NCBI GenBank assembly: GCA_004769085.1
Contig: DUDS01000028.1
Coordinates: 3,914-67,913 of the forward strand
DNA length: 64,000 nt
Origin: Candidatus Melainabacteria bacterium SSGW_16
Lineage (GTDB): Bacteria > Cyanobacteriota > Vampirovibrionia > 2-02-FULL-35-15
Direction: 5' to 3'
The first letter of the stretch is position 1. Every line of letters begins with the position of its first letter. Positions 1 to 9,244 of this stretch are shown in pieces. Below the pieces are notes generated by a model. The model worked only from the letters and a program-made list of their open reading frames with translations. It did not search any database and had not been told where the DNA came from. The translations under genes and the position numbers were made by a program.

Positions 1-489
1 ACGATCCGTGAGGATATTGCTCATCTTGATGGTTTTAATCCTGAAATTGTCAGCAAAATGACTGATGAAGAGATTATAAAAGAACTTGAGAAACGAAATG
101 GCATACTTGAACTTCATCACATGGAACATGCAGATGACATTATGCTTGAGCTTGCAAATATTTGTCCCCGTGACAGGATTACAACAGGTGGAATTGTTGA
201 CACCAGAAATCCAAAAAAACCTATTTCTACGAACGTAAAAGTTACAGGCAGAACATTTGAAGGGAAAATCTCCACACACCAGTTTGTTCTGGGCGATGAA
301 ACAACAATGGCCTGTAATGTTAATGGTCCTGTGCTTGGTTTTATGAAAAGCGGTAAATGGTTATATAGCCTTGGAGTAAGAGGAACCCTTACTTCTGCTG
401 ATATCATGCCTCATTTTGGTGTGGCAAAAGAAAACTATTTGGAAGTACAGGCAAAGCAGAAGCTAAAAGAAGTAGTATCTGTGAAATGA
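1..489 (+). CDS. hypothetical protein, 5'-truncated by window edge
   Basis: Frame 1 is open from nt 1 ([19 protein letters not shown] precedes the first Met at 58) to TGA 487-489. No family recognised by eye. Confidence 0.45.
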   Translation, partial: TIREDIAHLDGFNPEIVSKMTDEEIIKELEKRNGILELHHMEHADDIMLELANICPRDRITTGGIVDTRNPKKPISTNVKVTGRTFEGKISTHQFVLGDETTMACNVNGPVLGFMKSGKWLYSLGVRGTLTSADIMPHFGVAKENYLEVQAKQKLKEVVSVK

Positions 490-741
490 AACCGGGCAGC
501 TAAAAAGCAAAAAGCGACATTTGGTAATGTCGCCGGCTGAATTATTGCTGGTTAATCCTTATATTCTAATAATCTCAAATCGACTCACATTATGTCAACT
601 AAGAAATGGTTAAGCAGCTAATTTTTTTTGATTGACTTTGTCTTAGGTTAAAATATTATTAATGCAAAGTAATCAAATAATTAATGAAATAGAGTTTCTG
701 TCTATCTAACTAAATATCTGGAAATAAACTTTTTACAAGGT

Positions 742-848
742 AAGATTTTATCCGATTTATTCGGTAAAATCTTGATTATGGTAGATGAAGCATCAAATAA
801 ACGCACTCAGCAAAGCCCGACAAGCGACGAAGGAGCAAGGAGGGCGGT
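742..848 (+). repeat. Family-1 structured intergenic repeat, copy E (5' hairpin plus purine-rich core)
   Basis: Hairpin gattttatccgatttattcggtaaaatc (744-771). Core cactcagcaaagcccgacaagcgacgaaggagcaaggagggcggtg aligns with the copies at 12147, 22128, 36912(-), 38295(-) and 40709. Confidence 0.75.
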
Positions 849-1182
849 GGACAAAAATGAAATTGATTTCTCGAAAATAAAATGGAATGAAATTGGACTT
901 GTTCCTGCAGTAGTTCAGGACTGGAAAGATGGAGTTGTTCTTATGGTGGCATTTATGAGTAAAGAGTCACTTGGGCTTACAATCGAGAATAAAGAAACTT
1001 ATTTTTATAGCAGATCCAGAAATGAACTATGGCACAAAGGGCACAAATCAGGAGAAGTGCAAAAGGTAAAAGAACTTTATTATGATTGTGACAATGACAC
1101 TATCTTGGTAAAAGTAGAGCAAGTTGGAAATGCTGCATGCCACACAGGAAAAAGAAGTTGCTTTTTTAACAGAGTTATATAA
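772..1182 (+). CDS. hisI: phosphoribosyl-AMP cyclohydrolase (monofunctional HisI)
   Basis: [57 protein letters not shown] are typical HisI motifs. The first ~25 codons of the track ORF read through repeat copy E, so GTG 847 (112 aa) is the more likely start. Confidence 0.85.
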   Translation: MIMVDEASNKRTQQSPTSDEGARRAVDKNEIDFSKIKWNEIGLVPAVVQDWKDGVVLMVAFMSKESLGLTIENKETYFYSRSRNELWHKGHKSGEVQKVKELYYDCDNDTILVKVEQVGNAACHTGKRSCFFNRVI

Positions 1183-1185
1183 ATC

Positions 1186-1386
1186 ATGGAAAAAATAATT
1201 ATATTTTTTTATATTATGTCTTTTACCCTGGTTTGTCTTATCGGGATTTTTTTATTTAAAAAATTACCCAATAAAAATGAAAGACTTAAACTTTTAATTC
1301 CAGTCCTTGCTGCAGTAGCGATAAGCATTGTTTTTTATTTTTTTGGATGGAAAGTCCCAAGATGTAGTTTTGGTAGGTTTATGTAA
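1186..1386 (+). CDS. small hydrophobic protein (2 predicted TM segments), hypothetical
   Basis: 66-aa ORF 4 nt after the hisI stop with two hydrophobic stretches. No clear SD. Confidence 0.3.
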   Translation: MEKIIIFFYIMSFTLVCLIGIFLFKKLPNKNERLKLLIPVLAAVAISIVFYFFGWKVPRCSFGRFM

Positions 1387-1402
1387 TCTCAAGATTTTTT
1401 AT

Positions 1403-2380
1403 TTAAGGATTCCTGCAACATCTAAGATTGGAGTTGCAAGTACTGCTACCTGTCCCATCTGAGCAAAGACATCTAGAACCAGACACGCTGCAACTACCAC
1501 AGTCAACTGTTCCATCTGGGCATAAACTAGGTGGAGGAGTTGGAGTAGGCGGTGGTGGTATCGGCGTTGGACAGTTAGGCTTACAAGCATTTGTAGGTGG
1601 TGAGCAGCAATCGCCGCTATTTGCACAGCACCATGTACTACCACATAAATATGGATAGCTGGGGTTGTTACATGGATTTGGGGTTGAGGCTGGAGTGGAA
1701 GTTGGAGTCGGCGTCGGTGTTGGAGTAGAAGTACAAGCAGCATTAGGTACTGTGCCAGCACATGTTTGTCCTGGTGGGCATTCTGCTCCTATCCAGGTAC
1801 AGCCAAAAGCATCTACGGTACACGTTTCAATAGCAGTAGTTCCACAACATCTTTTTCCCCCATTAGCTGCTCCACCTGAGCAAGTTGTACAAGGGGTTGG
1901 TGTGGGTGTATTGCAAAAACAAGGTATAACAGATGTGTTGCAAGTAGTAGTAATGCTTATATTGTGACAATTGGTTGTATCAGAACCACATGAAATATCT
2001 GAACATGCTGAACAATAGCAAGTCCCTGGATATGTAGAATTTGCTCTGCAATATTCTCCTGGATTACATGCATGCTGGCTGCTGGTTAATGGATCCCAAT
2101 TACAAGCAGTATTTGTACAACCATCAGGCTGGGGTGATGGCCTAGGTGTAGAGGTTGGAGCCGGGCAACAACAACTTCCAAAGACACTACCTCCAAAATA
2201 TCCTGTTGAACAGGTCTTAGGTGCATAACAAGATGAACAATTCCCGCCAGCAGCAAAAGAACAAGGGCTGTTACATGAAGATGCAGCAAAAACCTTACTG
2301 ACAAAATTATAATTGAAAATATTTATTGTAGCAGTTGCTATAAATAAAATAACTAAGCTTAAAAGTAATTTTTGTTTCAT
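1403..2380 (-). CDS. secreted cysteine-dense protein with Pro/Thr linkers
   Basis: N-terminal signal-like MKQKLLLSLVILFIATA. I count roughly 45 Cys in about 290 mature residues. Linkers PTPTPTPTPTSTP and PTPIPPPPTPTPPPS. Composition resembles the 1744-aa protein at 22242-27476. Confidence 0.8.
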   Translation of the reverse strand: MKQKLLLSLVILFIATATINIFNYNFVSKVFAASSCNSPCSFAAGGNCSSCYAPKTCSTGYFGGSVFGSCCCPAPTSTPRPSPQPDGCTNTACNWDPLTSSQHACNPGEYCRANSTYPGTCYCSACSDISCGSDTTNCHNISITTTCNTSVIPCFCNTPTPTPCTTCSGGAANGGKRCCGTTAIETCTVDAFGCTWIGAECPPGQTCAGTVPNAACTSTPTPTPTPTSTPASTPNPCNNPSYPYLCGSTWCCANSGDCCSPPTNACKPNCPTPIPPPPTPTPPPSLCPDGTVDCGSCSVSGSRCLCSDGTGSSTCNSNLRCCRNP

Positions 2381-2558
2381 TTTATGCTTGAATCTAACAA
2401 CAGTTTAATTATAGCTATATTAAGTTACTTACAGAACTAACCCGGATAATAGTTATATTTTGAAGGATTAGAAAAATTTTATCTTAGTCACAGTAAAAAT
2501 TAATTCTTGAAACCTTTGGTTACGTCTTTTTAGTACTTTATTTGCTAGTCTTTGAAGG

Positions 2559-2786
2559 ATGATCACTGAAGAGCAAAGATACAGAGCATATACACTTAGC
2601 ATAGCTGGGTTTGCGTTGATGACGCCACTCGGAAAAGTTTTTCTTGAATATTTTTATATTTTCCGAGAATATGGCCCAATTTTATTTTTTATCAATCTTG
2701 TTATAAGTGCTCTATTATTTCTTGCCGGCTTGACATTTGTTGATCATGGGCGTAGCATCTTAAGTGAACGGAGGAAAATAAACTAA
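2559..2786 (+). CDS. small membrane protein, hypothetical
   Basis: 75-aa ORF with two hydrophobic segments. Its stop overlaps the next small ORF start (TAATG). Confidence 0.4.
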   Translation: MITEEQRYRAYTLSIAGFALMTPLGKVFLEYFYIFREYGPILFFINLVISALLFLAGLTFVDHGRSILSERRKIN

Positions 2787-2917
2787 TGCAACTAGAACAT
2801 CCAGAATATTTATTTATTATGATGGGGTTTGCTTTATCACTTATTTTTGTTACTGGTTATTATGCGCTCACAAGATGGGGAAGGGACGATCTAAAAGATA
2901 ACAAGAAAAAGCCTTAG
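2786..2917 (+). CDS. small membrane protein (43 aa), hypothetical; not in the ORF track
   Basis: ATG 2786 overlaps the upstream TAA (TAATG). GGAGG at 2770-2774. Translation MQLEHPEYLFIMMGFALSLIFVTGYYALTRWGRDDLKDNKKKP has one TM segment and a basic tail. Confidence 0.35.
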   Translation: MQLEHPEYLFIMMGFALSLIFVTGYYALTRWGRDDLKDNKKKP

Positions 2918-2924
2918 CGGATAA

Positions 2925-4373
2925 TTACACCAAAACCCTCAAAGCCTTTTCAATTCTGGATTTTACTTTTTCTTTTCCAAGAAGTGAAATTATAAGCCCT
3001 AAATCAGGACCTTTGTTTGAACCAGAAAGAGCTACTCTAAGAGGCCAATAAAGATCTTTCCCTTTTACACTTAGCCCTTTCCCGATTTCGTCCACGACTA
3101 ATTTACATGCATGAGGATCACTGAAATTAAGTGAGTTTAAAACCTGGATAACCTTATCAAAGATTTTCCTTGCATTTTCACCAGAGAGAATCTTCTGATT
3201 TTCGCTTGATCCTAAATCAAATTTATCATCAAAGAAAAATCTTATTAGCCCAGGCAATTCATCAAGTTTATTCAGCCCTGATTTTACTAAATCAATCATC
3301 TGAAAGATTTGTTCTTTTGGATAGATTGAAAGATCTAGCTCTTTTTCAAGAAATCTTTTTGAAAGATCAAATATCTCCTGTGTTGTTTTTTCTTTTATGT
3401 AGTGATTATTAAACCAGTGTAATTTAGGCAGATCATAAACAGCAGGACTTTTACTTATTCTGTCCAGGCTGAATTCATTAGTTACATCATTCAGTCTGAA
3501 TATTTCGTCTTCCGGATGATCTGGTCTTGTCCAGCTCATATGTACAAGATAATTTGCAAGTGCTTCAGGAAGATATCCTTCTCTCTGATATTTATCTATG
3601 TTTGCTATATCACCGTGTTTTCTTTTACTGAGTTTTTCCCTGTCATGGGTAAAAATCAAAGGTGCATGACCAAATGACGGAACTTCAAACCCCAGAGCCT
3701 GAAATATTGGTATTTGTTTTGCTGTATTATGCAGATGATCATCACCACGGATAACATGGCTGATTCTCATATCTCCGTCGTCAATAACTACAGCAAAATT
3801 ATAAAGTGGTATTCCATCGCCCCGCATTATCACAGGATCTCCGCCTAAATCATTTGTGTTTACTGAAACATATCCTCTTATTTCGTCGTTCCATTTTATT
3901 TCTGTGTTATCAGGAAGTTTAAACCTGATTACTGATTTTCTGCCTTCATCTAGAAACTTTTTCTTTTGATCTTCAGTCAGGTTCCTGTGTCTGTTGTCGT
4001 ATTTTTCAGGCATCCTGGCTGCTCTCTGTGATTTTCTAAGTGCGTCCAGTTCTTCTGTAGTAGCAAAACAATTATATGCTTTCCCTTCGTCTAAAAGCTT
4101 TTGAGCAGACTTTCTGTATAAATCAAGCCTTTCACTCTGGTAATAAGGGCCTTCATCAAAGTTTATTTGTAGCCATTTAAACCCGTCTAAAATTTCTTTT
4201 GTGTATTCGTCTTTGTTTCTTTGCTGGTCTGTATCTTCAATTCTTAAAATAAATTTTCCTTTATGTTTTTTACTAAAAAGGTAATTATATAAGGATGTCC
4301 TTACAGTACCAAGATGCAGGCTTCCAGTTGGGCTAGGTGCTATGCGAACCCTGACTTCTTTTTTATCTGACAT
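2925..4373 (-). CDS. gltX: glutamyl-tRNA synthetase
   Basis: RIAPSPTGSLHLGTVRT (HIGH-type motif), KLSKRK (KMSKS-type motif) and a class I GluRS-like layout over 482 aa. Confidence 0.95.
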   Translation of the reverse strand: MSDKKEVRVRIAPSPTGSLHLGTVRTSLYNYLFSKKHKGKFILRIEDTDQQRNKDEYTKEILDGFKWLQINFDEGPYYQSERLDLYRKSAQKLLDEGKAYNCFATTEELDALRKSQRAARMPEKYDNRHRNLTEDQKKKFLDEGRKSVIRFKLPDNTEIKWNDEIRGYVSVNTNDLGGDPVIMRGDGIPLYNFAVVIDDGDMRISHVIRGDDHLHNTAKQIPIFQALGFEVPSFGHAPLIFTHDREKLSKRKHGDIANIDKYQREGYLPEALANYLVHMSWTRPDHPEDEIFRLNDVTNEFSLDRISKSPAVYDLPKLHWFNNHYIKEKTTQEIFDLSKRFLEKELDLSIYPKEQIFQMIDLVKSGLNKLDELPGLIRFFFDDKFDLGSSENQKILSGENARKIFDKVIQVLNSLNFSDPHACKLVVDEIGKGLSVKGKDLYWPLRVALSGSNKGPDLGLIISLLGKEKVKSRIEKALRVLV

Positions 4374-4405
4374 GGTTTATATTTTATCATTATTAAAGAA
4401 GTCTT

Positions 4406-4519
4406 TGTGCAAAAAGCACGGCATAGCATTGATTCCCTGAATGCCCCGATGGGAACCCTTCGAAGGATGGTCAGAGGGGCTGAAGGGAACAATGTGGAGC
4501 GCAAGATACTTTTTGCACA
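4406..4519. repeat. 114-nt GC-richer element closed by an 11-bp perfect inverted repeat
   Basis: tgtgcaaaaag (4406-4416) pairs with ctttttgcaca (4509-4519). Internal pairings include cccttc/gaaggg and the palindrome ccttcgaagg. It fills the gap between the mscS-like stop and the gltX start. Confidence 0.6.
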
Positions 4520-4525
4520 GATAAC

Positions 4526-5050
4526 TTAATGATGTTTTAAAACTGATACCTGATTTATCTGACTATTAGGAATTATGTGAGTGTTTCCCAAAGTATCTAT
4601 TATAGTTGTAGTTCTTAAATTCATTTTTTCAACAGTACCGGTAACATCATCTATTTTTATAGTGTCACCAATACAAAATTGATCTTCCAAAAGAATAAAA
4701 AATCCATTTATTATATCCTTCATTAACTGCTGTGCGCCTAAACCAAAAGCTACACCTAAAATGCCGGCACTTGCAATAATTGGTCTTATATCAAGACTTA
4801 GTTCATGTAAAATCATCATAAGAGCAATTGTGGCTATAATTACTTTGCTTGTGGAACTTAAAATTTGTCTTAGTGTCTGAGCTCTTTTTAGATTTTTAAA
4901 TTTTGAGACAAAATTATCTAGAGTAACATCAACAAAAAACTTAATAAATAATGCAATTGCTACTATTAAAAACAACCTGAAAATACTAGGGAGAACCCAT
5001 GTCCAGATAGTTTCTAAAAAGTTTTCAGAGAATGAAACAAATGAGCCCAT
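4526..5050 (-). CDS. MscS-family mechanosensitive channel-like protein (short, 174 aa)
   Basis: TM helices followed by GDTIKIDDVTGTVEKMNLRTTTIIDTLGNTHIIPNSQI (MscS pore-helix/beta-domain signature). Its start overlaps the atpA stop (TAATG). Confidence 0.75.
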   Translation of the reverse strand: MGSFVSFSENFLETIWTWVLPSIFRLFLIVAIALFIKFFVDVTLDNFVSKFKNLKRAQTLRQILSSTSKVIIATIALMMILHELSLDIRPIIASAGILGVAFGLGAQQLMKDIINGFFILLEDQFCIGDTIKIDDVTGTVEKMNLRTTTIIDTLGNTHIIPNSQINQVSVLKHH

Positions 5051-6576
5051 TATGATGATCCAAACAAACTATCCCTGAATTTTTCAAGTGCAGCTCTTAA
5101 TTCTTTTTTTTCTGAATCATCCAGAGCAATACCTGAGTTTAATTTATCTTCAAGTTTTTTACAGTTTGCACTGAAGTATTTAAACCAATCAGTTTTAAAT
5201 CTTTGAACATCTTTTAAATTAACATTATCAAGAGCACCCTCATTTGCTGCAAATATTACTGATACCTGTTTTGCAACAGATAGTGGGCTAAACTGAGATT
5301 GTTTTAACACTTCAATTAGTCTTTGACCTCGCTTTATTTGTTGCTGTGTAGCAGGATCTAAATCAGATGCAAATTGTGCAAATGCTTCAAGCTCCCTGAA
5401 CTGTGCCAAATCCAGCCTGAGTTTCCCTGCCACCATTTTCATAGCTTTTGTCTGAGCTGCACCACCAACACGGCTGACAGAAATACCAGCGTTAATTGCA
5501 GGTCTTGTACCGGCATTGAATAAATCTGTTTCAAGAAATATTTGTCCGTCGGTAATAGAAATAACGTTTGTTGGAATATATGCAGAAACGTCACCAGCCT
5601 GAGTTTCAATAATTGGGAGAGCTGTCATTGAGCCACTCCCCATTTTGTCACTTAATTTTGCTGCTCTTTCCAGCAGTCTGCTATGAAGATAAAATACATC
5701 TCCAGGATATGCTTCACGTCCAGGTGGTCTTCTTAAAAGAAGACTCATAGCTCTGTATGCCCAGGAATGTTTGGTTAGATCATCATATACGATTAATACA
5801 TGCTTCCCTGATTCCATAAACTCTTCACCGATTGCAGCTCCTGCAAATGGTGCTATGAACTGTAGTGCTGGAGGATCTGTTGATGCAGCATTAACAATGA
5901 TGGTATATTCCATTGCACCATAGTCTTCAAGCGTTTTTCTTATTTGTGCAACCTGCCCCTGTCTCTGACCAATTGCTACATATATGCATATGGGTCTGTT
6001 TTTTTCATTCTTCTGATTAATTATGGTGTCAAGTGCAATAGCTGTTTTTCCTGTTTGTCTGTCACCGATAATCAGTTCTCTTTGTCCGCGCCCGATAGGA
6101 ATCATTGAATCAATTGCAGCAATTCCTGTTTGGAGTGGTTCACATACAGATCTTCTTTTTACAATTCCAGGAGCTACTTTTTCAACAGGTCTGAATTTGT
6201 TTGATTTAATTTCACCTTTTCCGTCAAGTGGTTTTCCTATAGGATTTACAACGCGCCCGATAAGAGCGTCTCCGACAGGTACTGATGCAATTCTTCCTGT
6301 GGTTTTTACCTTAGAACCTTCCTGAACACCTTTTGCTTCTCCGAAGAGTACTACGCCAACACTTTCTTCTTCGAGATTTAATACCATTCCAAGTGTTCTT
6401 TCTTTATCATCAAATTCAACAAGTTCGCTTGACATGGCACGTTCAAGACCATGTATTCTGCTAATTCCATCACCAATTGAAATAACAGTTCCTTCATTAC
6501 TTACAGTAAGTTTTTCCTCATACTGATTTATCTGTTCCTTTAATATGCTTACAATTTCATCTGCCTTTATAGTCAT
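5050..6576 (-). CDS. atpA: F-type ATP synthase alpha subunit
   Basis: Walker [10 protein letters not shown], then [10 protein letters not shown] and [21 protein letters not shown]. Full length is 508 aa. Confidence 0.97.
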   Translation of the reverse strand: MTIKADEIVSILKEQINQYEEKLTVSNEGTVISIGDGISRIHGLERAMSSELVEFDDKERTLGMVLNLEEESVGVVLFGEAKGVQEGSKVKTTGRIASVPVGDALIGRVVNPIGKPLDGKGEIKSNKFRPVEKVAPGIVKRRSVCEPLQTGIAAIDSMIPIGRGQRELIIGDRQTGKTAIALDTIINQKNEKNRPICIYVAIGQRQGQVAQIRKTLEDYGAMEYTIIVNAASTDPPALQFIAPFAGAAIGEEFMESGKHVLIVYDDLTKHSWAYRAMSLLLRRPPGREAYPGDVFYLHSRLLERAAKLSDKMGSGSMTALPIIETQAGDVSAYIPTNVISITDGQIFLETDLFNAGTRPAINAGISVSRVGGAAQTKAMKMVAGKLRLDLAQFRELEAFAQFASDLDPATQQQIKRGQRLIEVLKQSQFSPLSVAKQVSVIFAANEGALDNVNLKDVQRFKTDWFKYFSANCKKLEDKLNSGIALDDSEKKELRAALEKFRDSLFGSS

Positions 6577-7124
6577 TAGGTAAGTAACCTCCGTTTCATA
6601 TCTTCCAGTCTTCCTTTAATACTTCCATCATAAACAAGGTCATTCATTTTAACAACAACCCCGCCCAGGAGATTAGGGTCAGTTTTTGATTCTATAGATA
6701 CTTTTTCGTTTTTCCCTACAAGTGTTTCAAGTTTTTGTTTTATTTCTTCAAGCTCATTTGGACTAATTTGTGTAGCTGTAGATACTTCTGCAACTACAAG
6801 ACCCTTACTTTTATTTACAAGTTTATTAAATTCATTTTGTATATCAGAAATCAGATTAACCCTTTTTTTGTCTATTAACAGGCTTAAAAAATTGAAAAGT
6901 TTTTTGTTTATTTTATCTCCTACAATCTTCTTTAAAATAAGTTTTTTTTCATCAATAGTTATTCCAGGATTTTCAAATACTTTTTTTGCTCCTTTGACTT
7001 TTTCAAATGAATCAGAAAGAGCAGTTAATTCATTAAACAGAGCTTCCTGCAGCGGGATATCATTTCCACAGGTTTCCATTAGTGCTGTTGCATATCTTTT
7101 TGCTAATTGTTGGAATTGTTTCAT
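6576..7124 (-). CDS. atpH: F-type ATP synthase delta (OSCP) subunit
   Basis: 182 aa between b and alpha. YA.AL at the N-terminus and GG..V.....YDGS..G.L at the C-terminus are typical of OSCP/delta. Confidence 0.85.
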   Translation of the reverse strand: MKQFQQLAKRYATALMETCGNDIPLQEALFNELTALSDSFEKVKGAKKVFENPGITIDEKKLILKKIVGDKINKKLFNFLSLLIDKKRVNLISDIQNEFNKLVNKSKGLVVAEVSTATQISPNELEEIKQKLETLVGKNEKVSIESKTDPNLLGGVVVKMNDLVYDGSIKGRLEDMKRRLLT

Positions 7125-7131
7125 ATATTAT

Positions 7132-7764
7132 CTAATTTGAATTTGGTGTTTTAACCTCTGAGAGAAAATCGCTTAATAGTTTTTCCTGGACCTCTTTGTT
7201 TTTTGAAATCTGTGTCAGTGCTTCCTCTGCAAGTTTAATAGCAGTAGTACTTGCAGATTTCCTGATACTTTCAACTGCTTCATCCTTACTGGAAGCAATC
7301 TCTTTCTTTACTTTTTCCTTTAGTCTTTCTATTTCTTTTTCTGTTTCTTCTTCCATTTGTTTTTTTATGGTGGTTGCTGAAACCTTTGCCTCTTCTTTTA
7401 TTTGTTCAATTTCTTTAAGGATATTTTTTGTTTTGTGTCTTACCTGTTCAAGCTCTCCTTCTGCTTTTAACCTTGTATTTTTTGCATCTTCAAGCTCTTT
7501 ACTGATTTGTGATTTTCTTTGATCAAGTATTTTTGGCATGAATTTATTCCCAAGATAAATCATTGCAATTGCAAGGATTATTACATTCAGAAGATCTGAC
7601 TGAACAAGGATCTGCCACCATCCTAGAGTATGTTCATGTGCAGCTTCATGTCCTTCTGATGAAAATACGCTAGTAGGAGTGAATATAAGGGGAATAACAC
7701 CAGATAAAAACAAAAGACTGTTTTTTAAGTTTTTAATGAGACTTAACAAGTGTTTTCTCCTCAA
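7132..7764 (-). CDS. atpF: F-type ATP synthase b subunit
   Basis: Single TM segment (LLNVIILAIAMIYLGNKF) followed by a long charged coiled coil, at the position before delta. The N-terminal ~40 aa extension and 32-nt overlap with b' make the start uncertain. Confidence 0.8.
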   Translation of the reverse strand: MRRKHLLSLIKNLKNSLLFLSGVIPLIFTPTSVFSSEGHEAAHEHTLGWWQILVQSDLLNVIILAIAMIYLGNKFMPKILDQRKSQISKELEDAKNTRLKAEGELEQVRHKTKNILKEIEQIKEEAKVSATTIKKQMEEETEKEIERLKEKVKKEIASSKDEAVESIRKSASTTAIKLAEEALTQISKNKEVQEKLLSDFLSEVKTPNSN

Positions 7765-8182
7765 TCCCCAGAATTTTATTTGTGATTAGTTCTGTAAGTG
7801 TTTTTACCTTTGTTTCAATTTCTTTTAGTGACTTTTCTTTCTCTGTATAGATTTGTTTTATGGCATTTTCTTTTTCCTTGGTCAATTCAGCTTCAAGCGC
7901 AGATATTTTTTCACTTCTTGTTTTGTTTGCAGCATTTATAATTTGCTGGATAATACCCTGTGCATCAGTTCTGGCTGATTTCATCTGATTTTTATATTCC
8001 TCAAGTTTTTTTTGTGCTTCGTCTGTTGATTCTTTTGCATCTTTATATGCATCTTCAATCAGTTTCTTTCTTTTTTCAACGATTTCTCCGACAGGCTTGT
8101 AGAGAGTAAGATTTAAAAGATAAATAAAAACCAGAAAACTAATGGCAAATAAAACCAGAGTAAAATTTATCTCAAGTAACAT
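7733..8182 (-). CDS. atpF2: F-type ATP synthase b' subunit
   Basis: N-terminal TM segment (LVLFAISFLVFIYLLN..LYKPV) plus coiled coil. It is a second b-like gene between c and b, as in the cyanobacterial-type c-b'-b-delta-alpha order. Confidence 0.75.
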   Translation of the reverse strand: MLLEINFTLVLFAISFLVFIYLLNLTLYKPVGEIVEKRKKLIEDAYKDAKESTDEAQKKLEEYKNQMKSARTDAQGIIQQIINAANKTRSEKISALEAELTKEKENAIKQIYTEKEKSLKEIETKVKTLTELITNKILGIEEKTLVKSH

Positions 8183-8223
8183 CTTTCTCCTGAAAAACAG
8201 CGACTTAAAGCCACTGTTTTAGA

Positions 8224-8499
8224 TTACTGTAGTTGTAAGAATAAAAGAATTGCTATAAGAAATGCAAAAAGCCCAAGTGCTTCACTAAGTGCTGCAAATA
8301 TAAGCGTATTTGCGAGAAGCCTTCCCGTTGCTTCAGGCTGTCTTGCCATACCTTCAAGTGATTTACTTGCTGCAAGTCCTACCCCGATTGCCGGGCCGCC
8401 AACACCTGTAACTGCTAAACCTGCACCAATAGCAAGACCCATTTTTGCCAGTGAATCTCCATGTTCTCCTGCTGCTTGTGCAATTAATACTGGATCCAT
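8224..8499 (-). CDS. atpE: F-type ATP synthase c subunit
   Basis: Helical hairpin with the loop MARQPEA and the carboxylate in AALSEALGLF. Confidence 0.9.
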   Translation of the reverse strand: MDPVLIAQAAGEHGDSLAKMGLAIGAGLAVTGVGGPAIGVGLAASKSLEGMARQPEATGRLLANTLIFAALSEALGLFAFLIAILLFLQLQ

Positions 8500-8646
8500 T
8501 TATTACCTCCGATTTTTCTTTGATTTAAAGCTGTATTTCAATAACCAAATAACCTAAAGGATTATAACATCTGGAAGCTCGTACTTAGAATTTACAGTTT
8601 ATAGTTACAGAACAATTTTTATAAAAAGTATTTCATTTATTTAAAC

Positions 8647-9003
8647 TCAGTTTCTTGCTGTTGAGTAACTAAGTTCTATGTTAAAAGAACTGTTCGGAGC
8701 ATCTGTAATTTTATATGGAATAGGAAGTCCTGTCTGTGTACTTATTTCACTTATTGCTCTTGTTAAAGCTCCTCTTCTGACATTGGAAACAGGCTGGGAT
8801 TTTAAATTGCTTATTGCTAAATGCTGAGTTTGATTTCCTGATCCATCAATATCACAATCTCTAAATCTTATAGTTATTCTGTCTGTGGAATGAAATCCGT
8901 GTCTTTCTAAAATTTCTCTTGCAATATCTACGAAACTTTTTGGACCAGAGGTTGTTCTGGCTTGTCCTTGATTAGTGGGTAAAGATTTGTCTACAGGCTG
9001 CAT
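8647..9003 (-). CDS. hypothetical protein (118 aa)
   Basis: Clean ORF with no overlapping alternative. No motif recognised. Confidence 0.5.
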   Translation of the reverse strand: MQPVDKSLPTNQGQARTTSGPKSFVDIAREILERHGFHSTDRITIRFRDCDIDGSGNQTQHLAISNLKSQPVSNVRRGALTRAISEISTQTGLPIPYKITDAPNSSFNIELSYSTARN

Positions 9004-9118
9004 ATAAATATTCTATTTTACTAACAAAACAAGTCAAAATATTAGAAAAAGTCTATTGTTGTTTCTTTATTAATGTCAATAAAATACGGAATTAAATTTG
9101 TTTAATAAATATGTTGAG

Positions 9119-9196
9119 TCCATGTGCCTATGAGCCCATAAACCCATAAATTTATTTATTTTCATGGGCTCATGGGTACCTGGGTGCATGGGCTCA
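9119..9196. repeat. cluster of CATGGGC/GCCCATG palindromic units
   Basis: atgagcccat (9130-9139) pairs with atgggctcat (9164-9173), and a further gcatgggctc lies at 9186-9195. The cluster sits in the divergent region upstream of sbcC. Confidence 0.5.
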
Positions 9197-9244
9197 ATAT
9201 ATAGGTACATACTAAAGATTCTGAGCCTTATAATATAGGGACTA

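Noticed and set aside
1399-2304. Long ORFs antisense to, or out of frame with, the 325-aa Cys-rich gene (1399-1761, 1428-1658, 1665-1967, 2086-2304)
   Set aside because: They are low-complexity translations (poly-L/Q/H/V or G/V-rich) created by the GC-rich, repetitive codon composition of the real gene. None has a signal or motif, and all lie fully inside a better ORF.
4374-4525. Possible T-box leader or SRP (4.5S) RNA in the gltX upstream region
   Set aside because: There is no T-box consensus or specifier/antiterminator layout. A GGTCAG..GAAGG stretch superficially recalls SRP helix 8, but the flanking strands are not complementary in the required way.
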